Origin: Chloropicon primus
Taxonomy: Eukaryota
Direction of reading: 5' to 3'
Assembly (NCBI GenBank): GCA_023205875.1
Contig: CP060754.1
Span: 1,550,001-1,614,000, forward strand
DNA: 64,000 nt
Positions 29,179 to 39,077 of the stretch are shown in pieces; positions within the stretch are counted from its first letter, which is position 1, and each line of letters starts with the position of its first letter. Under the pieces are notes generated by a model. It was not told the DNA's origin. It saw only the letters and a program-made list of their open reading frames with translations, and made no database searches. The position numbers were made by a program, and so were the translations under genes.

Positions 29179-29378
29179 TCATAACTTTTTTTGTTGTAAT
29201 GACAGAATCCCAATCGAATCGAATTCCAGCCGGGAAGCGCGCGGAGGCATGAGGACGACGCGGCAGAGGGCAGGGAGAGTGTTGGTCAAGGCATGCGAGG
29301 CACGGGGCATCCCCTTCTCTTGGCAAGATAGGATCTTTGGCACGCACGAAGCCTCGCTTTGAGAAAGGGGCCAGAGAG

Positions 29379-32117
29379 ATGTACGACGAGGAAGACGAGT
29401 TTTGGAGACAACGAAGGGAGATGCTGAGCAGCCTGGGAAGGGATGCCGGGGCCCCATCGAGCTCGACAAGGCGTGGTGCGGAAGAGGAGGGAAGCGCAAA
29501 AGGTAACGCGAGGTTTCTGGACGAGGACTTTCTCGTGGATTCCTTGCTGGACACCAGGGTGAATGGGAGTGAGGAGATTAGAAACCAAAAGCTCCAGGTC
29601 CACAAGTGGTTGGTGTCCCTGGCGACGTTTCGGGATGAGCTCTCCCTCATCGTCGACTCGGTCTACCAGCAGAAGGGGAAGATGGTGGAGCAGAAGCTCA
29701 AGGAGCAGAACAACCAGATCAAGTACTTGGACATGGTGCTGCACGAAGGAAAGGAGAAACTCGCGGAGAAGACGGCGGAACTGGTCCAGTTGAGCGACTA
29801 CGTCAAAACTTTCATGTCACAGATAGCGGCCGTCATATACGGGACGTGTGAGTGGAGCAACGGGCTGGAGGAAACGTTCGGCGAGCTGTGCGAGCTGAGA
29901 GACGAGTTGAACAAATGTTACCTCCCGCGCGAAGGAGAATCCAAAGTGGCAAGGCAGGACTTTTACCACTTCCTGCAACAGGGGGCGAAGAGCCAGTCCA
30001 AGCTCCTGAAGAGCTTCCACGGCCCCCTATTGCAGAGCAAGGGGGAGGGCTCCCGAGGCAGCCCAGGGCTTAATAAGAACGACGTTAGCTTTGGCCTGCT
30101 GGGTGGAAAGTTGGCCGAGGAGATGGAAAGCATTTACCGGTGGCTTGAGCTCCGGCACGTCAAGGAGATCAAGGAGTTGCGAGAGCAGCTGTCCTCCCAC
30201 TTGGGGATCGAGCTCCCTGCGGTCGAGGGGGAAGGTCGAGACGTTGGCGGTGGATCATTGGTAGACCCGTTCCGTCACCCTGCAAGCAATGCAGGCGTCT
30301 ACGATCTGTTGAATCGTGTTGCGGGCGGAGACTCGTTTCCCATGAGCGGCCAAGATCATCACAAGGGGAAACAGGACGTGGCTACATTCTTTCACGCAGC
30401 GTACAAGAGCGTCGTTGCCGCGATACAGAATGCTCACCAACGCGAGAAGTCTGTCCTTCACACCACGGTACAGGGCCTGGGTCACAAGAATAGAGAGCTG
30501 CAAGAGCGGCTACAGGCGCAGTCGTCCGCCACCAAGGACCGGGAGAGAAAGATCCAAACTCTGGTGGAGCAGGGCGAGGTGGTCAGTCTGGAAAGGGAGC
30601 GAGAGAAGCTTCAGATGATAGACGCGCTGAAGAAGATGGACGTGATCCGAGCCAGGGAGCGGGAGATTGCTGAGCAGAAGGAGAAGGAGAGGGAGGAGGA
30701 GAGGGCCTTGGAGAGCGTGAGGGCGAAGAAGCGATCGGAGGCGAGGGCCCTGGAAGCGGAGAGGGAGAGCTCAAGGCAAAGGGAGAGGGAGATCGAGGCC
30801 ATGAGGGAGAAGAAGCGCGAGGAGGAGCGAAAGGCGGAAAGGGAACGGGAGAGGAAGAGGGAGAAGGAGAGGGAGAAGGAGAGATCCCTCTCCAGGCAAA
30901 GGGAGTCTAAGATGAAGTCGGAATTAGAGAGAGAGAAGGAAGCCCAAAGGATGAAAGACAGGAAGAGGGAGGAGGAGAAGCACGCCGAGATACTTGCAAA
31001 GAAGGCCAGGGAAATGGAGAAGGAGCTTGGCGAGAGGAAGATAAGGATGCTGGAGTCAGAAATCGAGAGGCAGAGAAAAGACTTGGAGGCTGAGAAGTCG
31101 AGAGTCCAGGACATCAGAAAGGAGACCGAGCAGTCGCTTGAGAAGAAGTTCGCGAAAGACTGTCAGCTGCAGAAGGAGAGGCTGGAGAGAGAAAAGGAGA
31201 AGTTCTTTCTGATGAATCCGAACAAGGAGGCCCTCGATGCCCGTTTGAAGGCCCTCCAGGAAAAGCTAAGAGAAGCGGAAGACGAGGCCGACAATGCCAA
31301 GATGGAGGTCGCGGGGCTTCAGTTGGAGAAGGAAAAGGCCGAGACCGCGAGGGAGTACTCCTTGTTCCTTCAACGATGCGAATACGAGGAAAAGTTGCAG
31401 GACTTGCAAGAGAAGCTGGGGCAACTGGAGAGCACATTCAGCCAGCTACCTCCTCTGATGGTCTTTCCTCAAGACAAGCAACAGCGAAGCTTCCCGGGCC
31501 CTCGAAGCTTTCAGGCACCTCACCAGAGGGAGGCGGAGGCCTTTGAACCGAGCCACGAGGGCCACGTTGGCGATCCCATGATGGACGAACCCATGATGGA
31601 CGATGAGGACGGTGCGTACATGAGGCTGCTGGGCGACTTGAAGGGCCTCAAGTCCACGATTGCATCGCAAGGCACGAAATCTAGTGGATTCGCCTCGCTG
31701 TCCTCCAGCCCGGCCACAGACGCATCGAGTCTCTCCCCCCGTGGTGGTGAGGGCGCTGGACTCGCATCGTGGGACGAGGTCCAAGATTCCAAGGGCGCGA
31801 AGGCGGGGGGGGACCCGAGCAATGCAATGGCGGACAGACTCAAAAACATTGCATCCACCTTGTCCATGCCCCTCGCCTCGGGGGAGGAGGATAACCCGGC
31901 CCAACTCTCTTCCAAGGTGGTGGATCTCGTCAAAACAATCAATGAGATATCTCCCCAGGTATGGCGAGACACCGCAAAGGAAGCCTCGATCTCTTCCACC
32001 GATGTTTTGGACCAGCTCCTCGCAAAAGAGCAGAGGTCTTCAAAGGAGTTGGCACAGGTCAAGGCAGAGAAGAATGCGCACGTCATCCGCAAAGCCTTTG
32101 AGCTGATGAAGTACTAA
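29379..32117 (+). CDS. Uncharacterised coiled-coil / E-R-K-rich protein
   Basis: Long ORF (about 912 aa from ATG 29379) with a charged single-alpha-helix-like region near 30600-31250. No recognisable catalytic motif. Confidence 0.7.
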   Translation: MYDEEDEFWRQRREMLSSLGRDAGAPSSSTRRGAEEEGSAKGNARFLDEDFLVDSLLDTRVNGSEEIRNQKLQVHKWLVSLATFRDELSLIVDSVYQQKGKMVEQKLKEQNNQIKYLDMVLHEGKEKLAEKTAELVQLSDYVKTFMSQIAAVIYGTCEWSNGLEETFGELCELRDELNKCYLPREGESKVARQDFYHFLQQGAKSQSKLLKSFHGPLLQSKGEGSRGSPGLNKNDVSFGLLGGKLAEEMESIYRWLELRHVKEIKELREQLSSHLGIELPAVEGEGRDVGGGSLVDPFRHPASNAGVYDLLNRVAGGDSFPMSGQDHHKGKQDVATFFHAAYKSVVAAIQNAHQREKSVLHTTVQGLGHKNRELQERLQAQSSATKDRERKIQTLVEQGEVVSLEREREKLQMIDALKKMDVIRAREREIAEQKEKEREEERALESVRAKKRSEARALEAERESSRQREREIEAMREKKREEERKAERERERKREKEREKERSLSRQRESKMKSELEREKEAQRMKDRKREEEKHAEILAKKAREMEKELGERKIRMLESEIERQRKDLEAEKSRVQDIRKETEQSLEKKFAKDCQLQKERLEREKEKFFLMNPNKEALDARLKALQEKLREAEDEADNAKMEVAGLQLEKEKAETAREYSLFLQRCEYEEKLQDLQEKLGQLESTFSQLPPLMVFPQDKQQRSFPGPRSFQAPHQREAEAFEPSHEGHVGDPMMDEPMMDDEDGAYMRLLGDLKGLKSTIASQGTKSSGFASLSSSPATDASSLSPRGGEGAGLASWDEVQDSKGAKAGGDPSNAMADRLKNIASTLSMPLASGEEDNPAQLSSKVVDLVKTINEISPQVWRDTAKEASISSTDVLDQLLAKEQRSSKELAQVKAEKNAHVIRKAFELMKY

Positions 32118-32178
32118 TTACTGGATGTCATCGTATACTACATGTTTGTACAACAAGCATGGGACCCTTCAACCACCA

Positions 32179-33081
32179 TCAATGGCTTTGTTCCGAGGCA
32201 AAGAACCTCTCGCTGCCGTCCCCGCAGTGCAGAAGATTCAAAGTCTGGAGCATTTCCTCCATTTCCTCCTCAGTTTTGTATTCTAAAGCCTCGAAGCCCG
32301 CGAAGAACGGGACCTTACCCTCCCCCTCCTTCACGTCCCCTGGGCGCCGGTTCGCCAAGACCTTGGACATTCGCTCCTTGCACTTGTTGCCTTGGTAGTC
32401 CACGTCCACGTACTCGGTACGAAGCCGGTTTCCGAACATCGAAATGGCACCTGGGGTCCCGGACAAACATATAAAAATGTTTTCGACACCCTTGGGCCTC
32501 TTCTTGCCGCCAGACCGATAGAACAGCCTCGTTCCCAGACCGAGGTCAAGGCTCCACTTCCTCAGCAGCTTCATGTACTTTCCGCTCTCGTTCATGTGGT
32601 CCACGTAAATCACGCAGTTGTGCGGCTCATCGCCAGCCCCGAAGCCCCTCGCTTCCTCGGCCCTCTTCGCCCTCTCTCTCTCCCTGGCCTCGAGGTCCCA
32701 CCTCTCCCTCGCGAGCTCCTCCAACCCCGCTCTCACCACTTCCAGCACGGCCTCGCACGCGCTCCACAGGCTCTCCACCCCCGGAACCTCCTCGCTCGCC
32801 GCGCCCTCGCTCAGCACCTCGTTCCCCGCAGCCATGGCCTCCGCGGCCTTGCTCGGGGCGTTCACGTTCAGCACTTCCGCCCCCAGCTTCAGAGGATACA
32901 ACGAGGGCACATGGAACGTGATTCCCACGACATCCGAGTCCTCTTCGTCCTCGACCAGTCGAAGCGTCACCACCAGGACTTCCTCCTTCGTCCAAGCGAT
33001 GCCGTCCCCATCTTCCAGGCCGTACACGCCCTTCAGAGCCTCGATCTCCTCCGCCTGGCGCTCCTCGCACTCCTGCGTCAT
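32179..33081 (-). CDS. RWD-domain protein, RWDD3/RSUME-like
   Basis: ERQAEEIEALKGVY...PSLYP (RWD domain); C-terminal IYVDHM...KY...KW, VDVDYQGNKCKERMSKVL. Confidence 0.8.
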   Translation of the reverse strand: MTQECEERQAEEIEALKGVYGLEDGDGIAWTKEEVLVVTLRLVEDEEDSDVVGITFHVPSLYPLKLGAEVLNVNAPSKAAEAMAAGNEVLSEGAASEEVPGVESLWSACEAVLEVVRAGLEELARERWDLEARERERAKRAEEARGFGAGDEPHNCVIYVDHMNESGKYMKLLRKWSLDLGLGTRLFYRSGGKKRPKGVENIFICLSGTPGAISMFGNRLRTEYVDVDYQGNKCKERMSKVLANRRPGDVKEGEGKVPFFAGFEALEYKTEEEMEEMLQTLNLLHCGDGSERFFASEQSH

Positions 33082-33137
33082 CCCAACAACGATCACGGAG
33101 CTGGAACGAGTCCTGGAGCAACACCTCGAAGGCTACG

Positions 33138-34631
33138 ATGAAGGAGAGAGGGGAGAGAGAGAGCGGGACGAGTGGGAGGAAGGGGGGGATATGGGAGGCG
33201 CTGGACAAGGTGACGACGATGAAGTTTGAGGAGGAGGATCGGCGTGCGCTGGAGCGTTTGCAGAACGCAACGGTGAGGGGTGCGGCCATTGGGTTCATAC
33301 TGAGGGGAGGGTATGTGTCCTTCAGCATGTTGACGTCGGCGTTGCTGCGGAGGAAGAAGCATCGGGAGGCGGGGGTGACGAATGCGAATAGCTTGGTCTC
33401 CGTCGTGCGCTGGACGGCCTTCCTCGGGTCCCTGGGAGGGTCGTACGTCGCGCTTGACGAGGGGTTGCTTCGTTTCGTGGGGAAGAAGAAGTCAAGGAAG
33501 TGGAGGGGCCTGGTGTCGGGCACGGTCGCAGGATCGTCCGTCTGCATGCTGGGGAGGAAGGATCCGCAGTACACCATCGCAATCTACGTCGTCCTTCGCG
33601 CGCTTTGGCTGTTCTTGAGGAGGTCGAGGCGGAGCACCAGCAAGCTCTTGCGCACTGTCTCCGCTCCGCTGGCTCTTCCCCACGCAGATGTCCTCGTCAT
33701 GTGCACGGCGTGCACGCAGATCCTCTTCGCTTGGCTGATGGAGCCGAAGACTCTGCCGAACACGTACAGGAAGTTCCTGGACAAGCACTGCGGCAAGCCC
33801 GAGTGGATGATCCAGAGCATCAGCGAGATGATAAGGCACAACCACACGAAGGGCACGGGCAGGAAAGGCCCGGCGTTCCAGGAGTGGCACAGGCTGGTCC
33901 CCCCCGGGGAGGACTACCTCAAGAAGTGCAGGACGCCCTACGGCCTCGTGATGCAGAACAGGTACCAGATCCTGCACCACATCCAGTTCTTCCTGTCCGA
34001 GTACAAGAGGAAGATTCCGGTGTACATCCCGGTCTACTTCCTCCCCGCGCTTGTGGTTCACAGGTGGAACCTTTTCACAAAGCCCAGGCTTGGCAAGAGC
34101 ATCTTGTACAAGTGCGTCAAGGGAACGATGCAGAGCGCGCTGTTCCTCACGACCTTCTGCACTTTTGCCTGGACCTTCACCTGCGGCTCGGCGTATTTCC
34201 TCGTCCCCTTCGTGGGCAAGGAGGGCCTGGGCATGAAGTGGCTCGCCGGCAGCTTCTTCCCCATCGGGAGCTCCATCATCTGCGAGAAGAAGAGTCGCAG
34301 GAAGGAGATCGCCGTGTACTGCAGTGCTAGGGCCCTGGAGTCCTTTGCTCTGTGCGCTCTCACTTGGGGTTGGATCCCCAAGAAGCTCCAGTTCAAGAGG
34401 TTCGACGTCGTGCTCTTCAGCGTCGGCGTCGGCCTTATCATGCACTGTTACACGGACTCCGAGGGAGACTACAGGCACACTTTGCGGGGCAAGTACCTCA
34501 ACGTTTTGGACTTTGTCTTCGGGAACACGGGTCACACGAAGTCCAAAATTCGCCACGTTCCGAGCACGAGCGACCTGGCCAGAGGCTTCTTTGCGAAAAA
34601 GAGAAAGGAGCAGCTCACCGATAAGGATTGA
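33138..34631 (+). CDS. TMEM135-like (Tim17-superfamily) membrane protein
   Basis: RWTAFLGSLGGSY, GLVSGTVAG, IAIYVVLRAL, QILFAW..P.TLP..Y.KFL, QSALFL, EKKSRRKEIAVYC.ARALES. An alternative start at 33219 is possible. Confidence 0.85.
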   Translation: MKERGERESGTSGRKGGIWEALDKVTTMKFEEEDRRALERLQNATVRGAAIGFILRGGYVSFSMLTSALLRRKKHREAGVTNANSLVSVVRWTAFLGSLGGSYVALDEGLLRFVGKKKSRKWRGLVSGTVAGSSVCMLGRKDPQYTIAIYVVLRALWLFLRRSRRSTSKLLRTVSAPLALPHADVLVMCTACTQILFAWLMEPKTLPNTYRKFLDKHCGKPEWMIQSISEMIRHNHTKGTGRKGPAFQEWHRLVPPGEDYLKKCRTPYGLVMQNRYQILHHIQFFLSEYKRKIPVYIPVYFLPALVVHRWNLFTKPRLGKSILYKCVKGTMQSALFLTTFCTFAWTFTCGSAYFLVPFVGKEGLGMKWLAGSFFPIGSSIICEKKSRRKEIAVYCSARALESFALCALTWGWIPKKLQFKRFDVVLFSVGVGLIMHCYTDSEGDYRHTLRGKYLNVLDFVFGNTGHTKSKIRHVPSTSDLARGFFAKKRKEQLTDKD

Positions 34632-34929
34632 ACGGTAGGCTTGGAGGGAAGGAGAGTCCATTCCCTGTAATTGTAATTCACAACAAATATCTACTACATT
34701 GTTTTGGTCGCACTGATGTCCTCCCTCCTCCCCCTCCCTCCCTTCCCCTTCAGTCCCCTCATCCCAAGGACAGGGAGAGAAAATCGGAAAAGAGCCGCCA
34801 ATGGAGTTGCTTTGGTGGGACGAGCGTTCACAGTTCTCTTCGTGCGACTGGAGCAGGAAAGGTTGCGCGAGCAAAGCTAGCGAAGGAGAGGCCGCGGCGA
34901 AAGCGAAGACCCAGCACAAGCCGAAGGAG

Positions 34930-35733
34930 ATGACCGCGACAGCCGAGGTGGAGCAGCGCTTGGCGGCAGTGAAAATTGTGGACGAGGGTGGCATGAAGTT
35001 TGGAGACCTGTACTCTGCGTTCTCGGCCTTCGAGCAGAGCAGCGCTACATCCGCGGCGGCGGGTGGGAAGGGCGGGGACAAGGGCAAGGACAAGGGAGCG
35101 AAGGAGAAGGGGGCTGATCAAGCTCCTGCTGGAGGAAAGGACAAGGGAGGAAAGGGCGGAGACAAGGAGAAGGGGAAGAAGGAGAAGGGGAAGAAGGAGG
35201 AGAAGGGGAAGAAGAAGAAGGCCGCGGCCGCTCCTGCTGCCGAAGTGGACGTCAGCATCCTCGACATCCGAGTGGGCAAAATCGTCGAGGTCAAGCCTCA
35301 CCCAGAGGCGGACGGCTTGTACTTGGAGCAGATTGACATGGGAGAGGGTGCCCCCAGGCAGATCATTAGCGGGCTGAGGAAGTTCGTGGCCATTGAGGAC
35401 ATGCAGGACAGAGAAGTTGTTGTTATATTGAACCTCAAACCTGCGAAGATGAGGGGAATCATGTCCAACGGAATGGTCCTGTGCGCCTCCAACGACGACC
35501 ACACCAAGGTGGACCCTCTGAGGCCTCCCGCTGGGGTGCCTCTGGGCGAAAAGGTCACCTTCGAGGGCTTCGAAGGAGAGCCCATCGAAGTCATCAACCC
35601 AAAGAAGAAGTTGCTCGAGAAGCTCTTCCCGGACCTTAAGACTGACGCCGACGGAGTGGCCAAGTACAAGCAAGCCGCCTTCACGACCAGCAAGGGCGTG
35701 TGCACTTCCTTCGGGGGAGCCTGGGTGAAGTGA
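34930..35733 (+). CDS. EMAP II/Arc1p/AIMP1-type tRNA-binding OB-fold protein
   Basis: Lys-rich linker, then LDIRVGKIVEVKPHPEADGLYLEQID.GE..PRQIISGL, NLKPAKMRGIMSNGMVLCAS, INPKKK. Confidence 0.92.
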   Translation: MTATAEVEQRLAAVKIVDEGGMKFGDLYSAFSAFEQSSATSAAAGGKGGDKGKDKGAKEKGADQAPAGGKDKGGKGGDKEKGKKEKGKKEEKGKKKKAAAAPAAEVDVSILDIRVGKIVEVKPHPEADGLYLEQIDMGEGAPRQIISGLRKFVAIEDMQDREVVVILNLKPAKMRGIMSNGMVLCASNDDHTKVDPLRPPAGVPLGEKVTFEGFEGEPIEVINPKKKLLEKLFPDLKTDADGVAKYKQAAFTTSKGVCTSFGGAWVK

Positions 35734-35827
35734 TACTGCCTTCACTCTGGTCACGCTCTAAAGATGAAGATATTATTTTGTTATATACAAGAGCTCACAC
35801 CCCATTCCTTTACTGTTATACAACCAT

Positions 35828-36923
35828 CTAAAAGCCGCGCCCTCGCGATACCTTGAAGTCCTTCAGTGTCGCCGCGACCCGCTCGACGGCAAGTGAAAAC
35901 CCCGTTGCGATCTCTTCGGAGGGGTACCTCTGCAAGTCCTCGATCGTCTGCATGGGGTGCGAGTGCGAAACTTCTTGGCTTTCTGTCTGGTTCAGCCTTT
36001 TCACGGTGTCTTCCACCCCGAGCCTTCTCTCCAGAAAGGAATTGACGTGCGTCATGAGATCCTTCGCTACAATCATCTCCTTCAAAAGGTGCGAATACTT
36101 TGTGGCGAAGTCCTTGACGACCCCTTCGCTCTCCGCCAATCTACAAAGAGAGAGAGAGAGAGAGAGCTTTGGTGAGACGAAAGAGAATTGAAAGCGAAAA
36201 GCGTTCCAAGTCGTACCTCTTCTTCAGCACTGCGTTTGTGTTTTGGAAGCAGTGTAGCTGGTCTTTCTGACTTCTCACTTGGATGGTGAGGTCCTCGACT
36301 TGCCGCCTCAAATCGTCGGAGACGCTGTGACCACCCCCCAATCCCCCTACCGCACTCTGCTGCCGCACTTGCAGCGGAGACCGTGGTTTGGACGCACCGG
36401 GTGACTCGTTGTCCCTGGCAGCGGTGGCGTCCGCCTGAGCCGAGGACAGAGCCTGTGGGAAAATATTCTCCGGCAACGGAGCGGGCTCAGGGCAGGAGCT
36501 CCAGTCCTCGTCGACATCTTCGGGATTCTCTTTCGCTTCCTCTTCTTTGGGTCCATCCGACACGCAAGAGGGGCCTTCCACCCCCCTCCCCCCTGCTGCT
36601 GTGCTGCTCCTCTCCCCCCCCAACGCGCTCATCACTTCCACAGACTTCCTCTTCTTGTACGCCTCCACCTTCTCCTGGAACAGAGAGACTAGAGGGTTCC
36701 GCATCGACGCATCGGATGAGTAGGAAGCACCGTGAGCAGCCCTCCTGAAGCTGGCGAGCTCTTTCATCACGTCTTTCCGCCTGTGCTGCAAGATCTTGGC
36801 AACGCTCCTGGACATCTTGGAGTCATCTTGGAGTTTGGACAACTCTTCCACCCATCGTGGTGGCCTTCCGAGAAAAGAGTCCACTCGATCGGCAAGTGGC
36901 CTCTGGCATCCCGTACTCGCCAT
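35828..36923 (-). CDS. Hypothetical protein with coiled coil; exons 36923-36217, 36140-35828 (339 aa)
   Basis: A phase-2 intron (GTACGA...TTTGTAG, with a CT tract) joins two ORFs in frame. Confidence 0.65.
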
Positions 36924-37127
36924 GGCGGCGGCGAAGACCAAGGCGAAGAGGTCGAGAACAAGACCAACGCTTTGGTTGGACTGTCCTTCCTGACAGAAGC
37001 AGCAGAGACCTTTGTGTTGAGGGACAGAGGGCGCGAAAAATGGATGGATTCTATGAAGTTAGAAAGAGAGGGGACAAGGGATGGATGGGATGGCACGAAC
37101 AAAAGAGGTTGAGCTCGATTGGTTTTA

Positions 37128-38092
37128 CTACAATTTGCACAAGACGTCTGACTCGTTGATGATGTTGAAAGTTTCGCCGGCTGGGGTATCCACCGCGTCT
37201 CCCGCCCACTTGAAGAAGGAGACCTTGTCCCCAACCTTGAGCTTCATTTCGGAAACCTCTCCCGTCTCCTCGTTCAGCCTCCCCGGGCCAAGGGCCTTGA
37301 CCACCCCGGTCGTTGGCTTCTCCTGCCCGTCGTCCGTGAGCAAGACTCCGCCGGCGGTCTCCTCCTCCGCGGAATCAACTTGAATGAGCACTCTGTCCCC
37401 CAGGGGCTTGATATCTTTGATGTCGTCAACACTGGCGTTGCTCCTTGGCATAACGCCAATGCAGTCCCTCTCGAAAAGGATGGCGTACTCCTGCCCCTTC
37501 ACGACCACGTCGGTCACGCCCAACCCGAACTTGCTGTAAAGGACGGTGTTGCCCTCCTTCAGCGTCAGGTCGTAGTTCTTGCCCTTTCCGACGGCCACGA
37601 CGTCGCCTATTTTTTTTTGCCCCACCGAAAGAGCGAGTGGAAGCCAAGAGGGACACAGCAGTCAGCCAGCTTGTTGGTGCGAGAGGGAGAAGGGCAGGGG
37701 GCAGTGGGGCGGAGGGTCCCGCCTCGGTGGATGCAAGTCCCAACGCGTCCTTACCTGAAGTGGGCTTCTTCTGTGAAGAGTCTGGAAGGAGAATGCCTCC
37801 AAGGGTCTTCTTCTCGAGCTCCGCCACTTTCACAACCACCCTCGGGCCCACAGGTGTCACCTTCGGAAGCGATAACACGCGCGCGTCAGTCCCCTAACCA
37901 TCGAAGCGAGCAGGGAAGCAGAGCCTCCAACACACACACACGCACACACACACACAAAAGGAGCCCACTCACCTTTGACACGTGCGAAGCCAACTCGGTC
38001 GCGTCCGCCCTGACGACGAGCCTCGCGCTTCTCTGTCGTCGCGATCCCATTCGTCTCCCTCCCAACCCCCTCGCTGCTATCGCCACCGCCAT
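37128..38092 (-). CDS. CPN20: Plastid co-chaperonin CPN20 (two GroES domains); exons 38092-37973, 37860-37755, 37606-37128 (234 aa)
   Basis: Transit peptide ending LVVRA, then TPVGPRVVVK...KTLGGILLP and KPLGDRVLI...ETAGGVLL...EKP. Confidence 0.93.
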
Positions 38093-38642
38093 GCCTATCT
38101 CTGTGCCAAGGAGAAACAGGAACAATCAGAAACCAAAAAATCGAGCTCGCCTCTTCAGTCCCTCCATCCTCCACACCGCGCCATTCCTTTCGAGCGAGCG
38201 CTCGAACGAAAGCTCTTGAGACGCGTTTTCGACCCATCACGGTTTACTTTCACGAAACTCCCTTCCCCTTGGTCAAAATCGTTGCCATCACTCACCTTTC
38301 TCTCCTCTTCGGCCGTCACCTTATCCAGTACGGCTCTTCTTCTCAATTTAGGGTTTCAGTTCAGTTTTAGGGTTTTGGGAACGTCACAAAATGAAAAGGG
38401 GACGGCGGCCAGAACGAGATCGCGACTGGCGACCCTCCATTAAGAGAGAGTTGAGAGAGAGAGAGAGGTTTAGAGGGTGAGGTGGCGTCGATTGGTTGGA
38501 GTAGGCTTCGTATCACGAAGCGTCGTCTCACGGGCTTTCGATTGAGGCCTCGTTTGAGGGATTTGACCTCGGGGGTCGTGTGGTTTGGGAGCATTGGAGA
38601 GGGAGGAGGGCACTCGAGTGTGTTCAAGGGAGGAGGGGAGCG

Positions 38643-38834
38643 ATGAACCAGGGGGGCACGGCTGCGAGGTATGGCTACAACGCGGCGACGGGGGAGGGCG
38701 TGTGGTACGTGTGCGGAGAGTGTGGAGCGGAGAACAAAGTGAAGCCCGGGGACACGATCCAATGCAGGGAGTGTGGATACAGGATCCTTTACAAGAAGAG
38801 GACGAGGCGCGTCGTGCAATACGAAGCGAGGTGA
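38643..38834 (+). CDS. RPB12: RNA polymerase I/II/III subunit RPB12 (RPABC4)
   Basis: [10 protein letters not shown]...[25 protein letters not shown]. Confidence 0.97.
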   Translation: MNQGGTAARYGYNAATGEGVWYVCGECGAENKVKPGDTIQCRECGYRILYKKRTRRVVQYEAR

Positions 38835-39077
38835 CCCGAGGTCCACGGAGAGGGGACTCGGCGGGCCGTGTGAGCGGGCGCCCAACCCGAAGCCCGCGGA
38901 GGACTTGGAGACGGAAAGTGAAGGAGGCACGCGCGCGAGCAACCAGTGAGCTGTGGTGGATGGACTCGGTGGTGGATGGACTCGAGTGCGTCACAAGAGC
39001 GCGAGGGAATAATAATAATAACAGGGAAACAAGGGGGCGGCGGAACTGTGCTTCACTATGTAAAAAGATTCTTTTTC

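Noticed and set aside
30600..31250. E/R/K-rich region as a specific known protein (trichohyalin or myosin)
   Set aside because: Low-complexity charged helices produce spurious resemblance, and there is no diagnostic domain.
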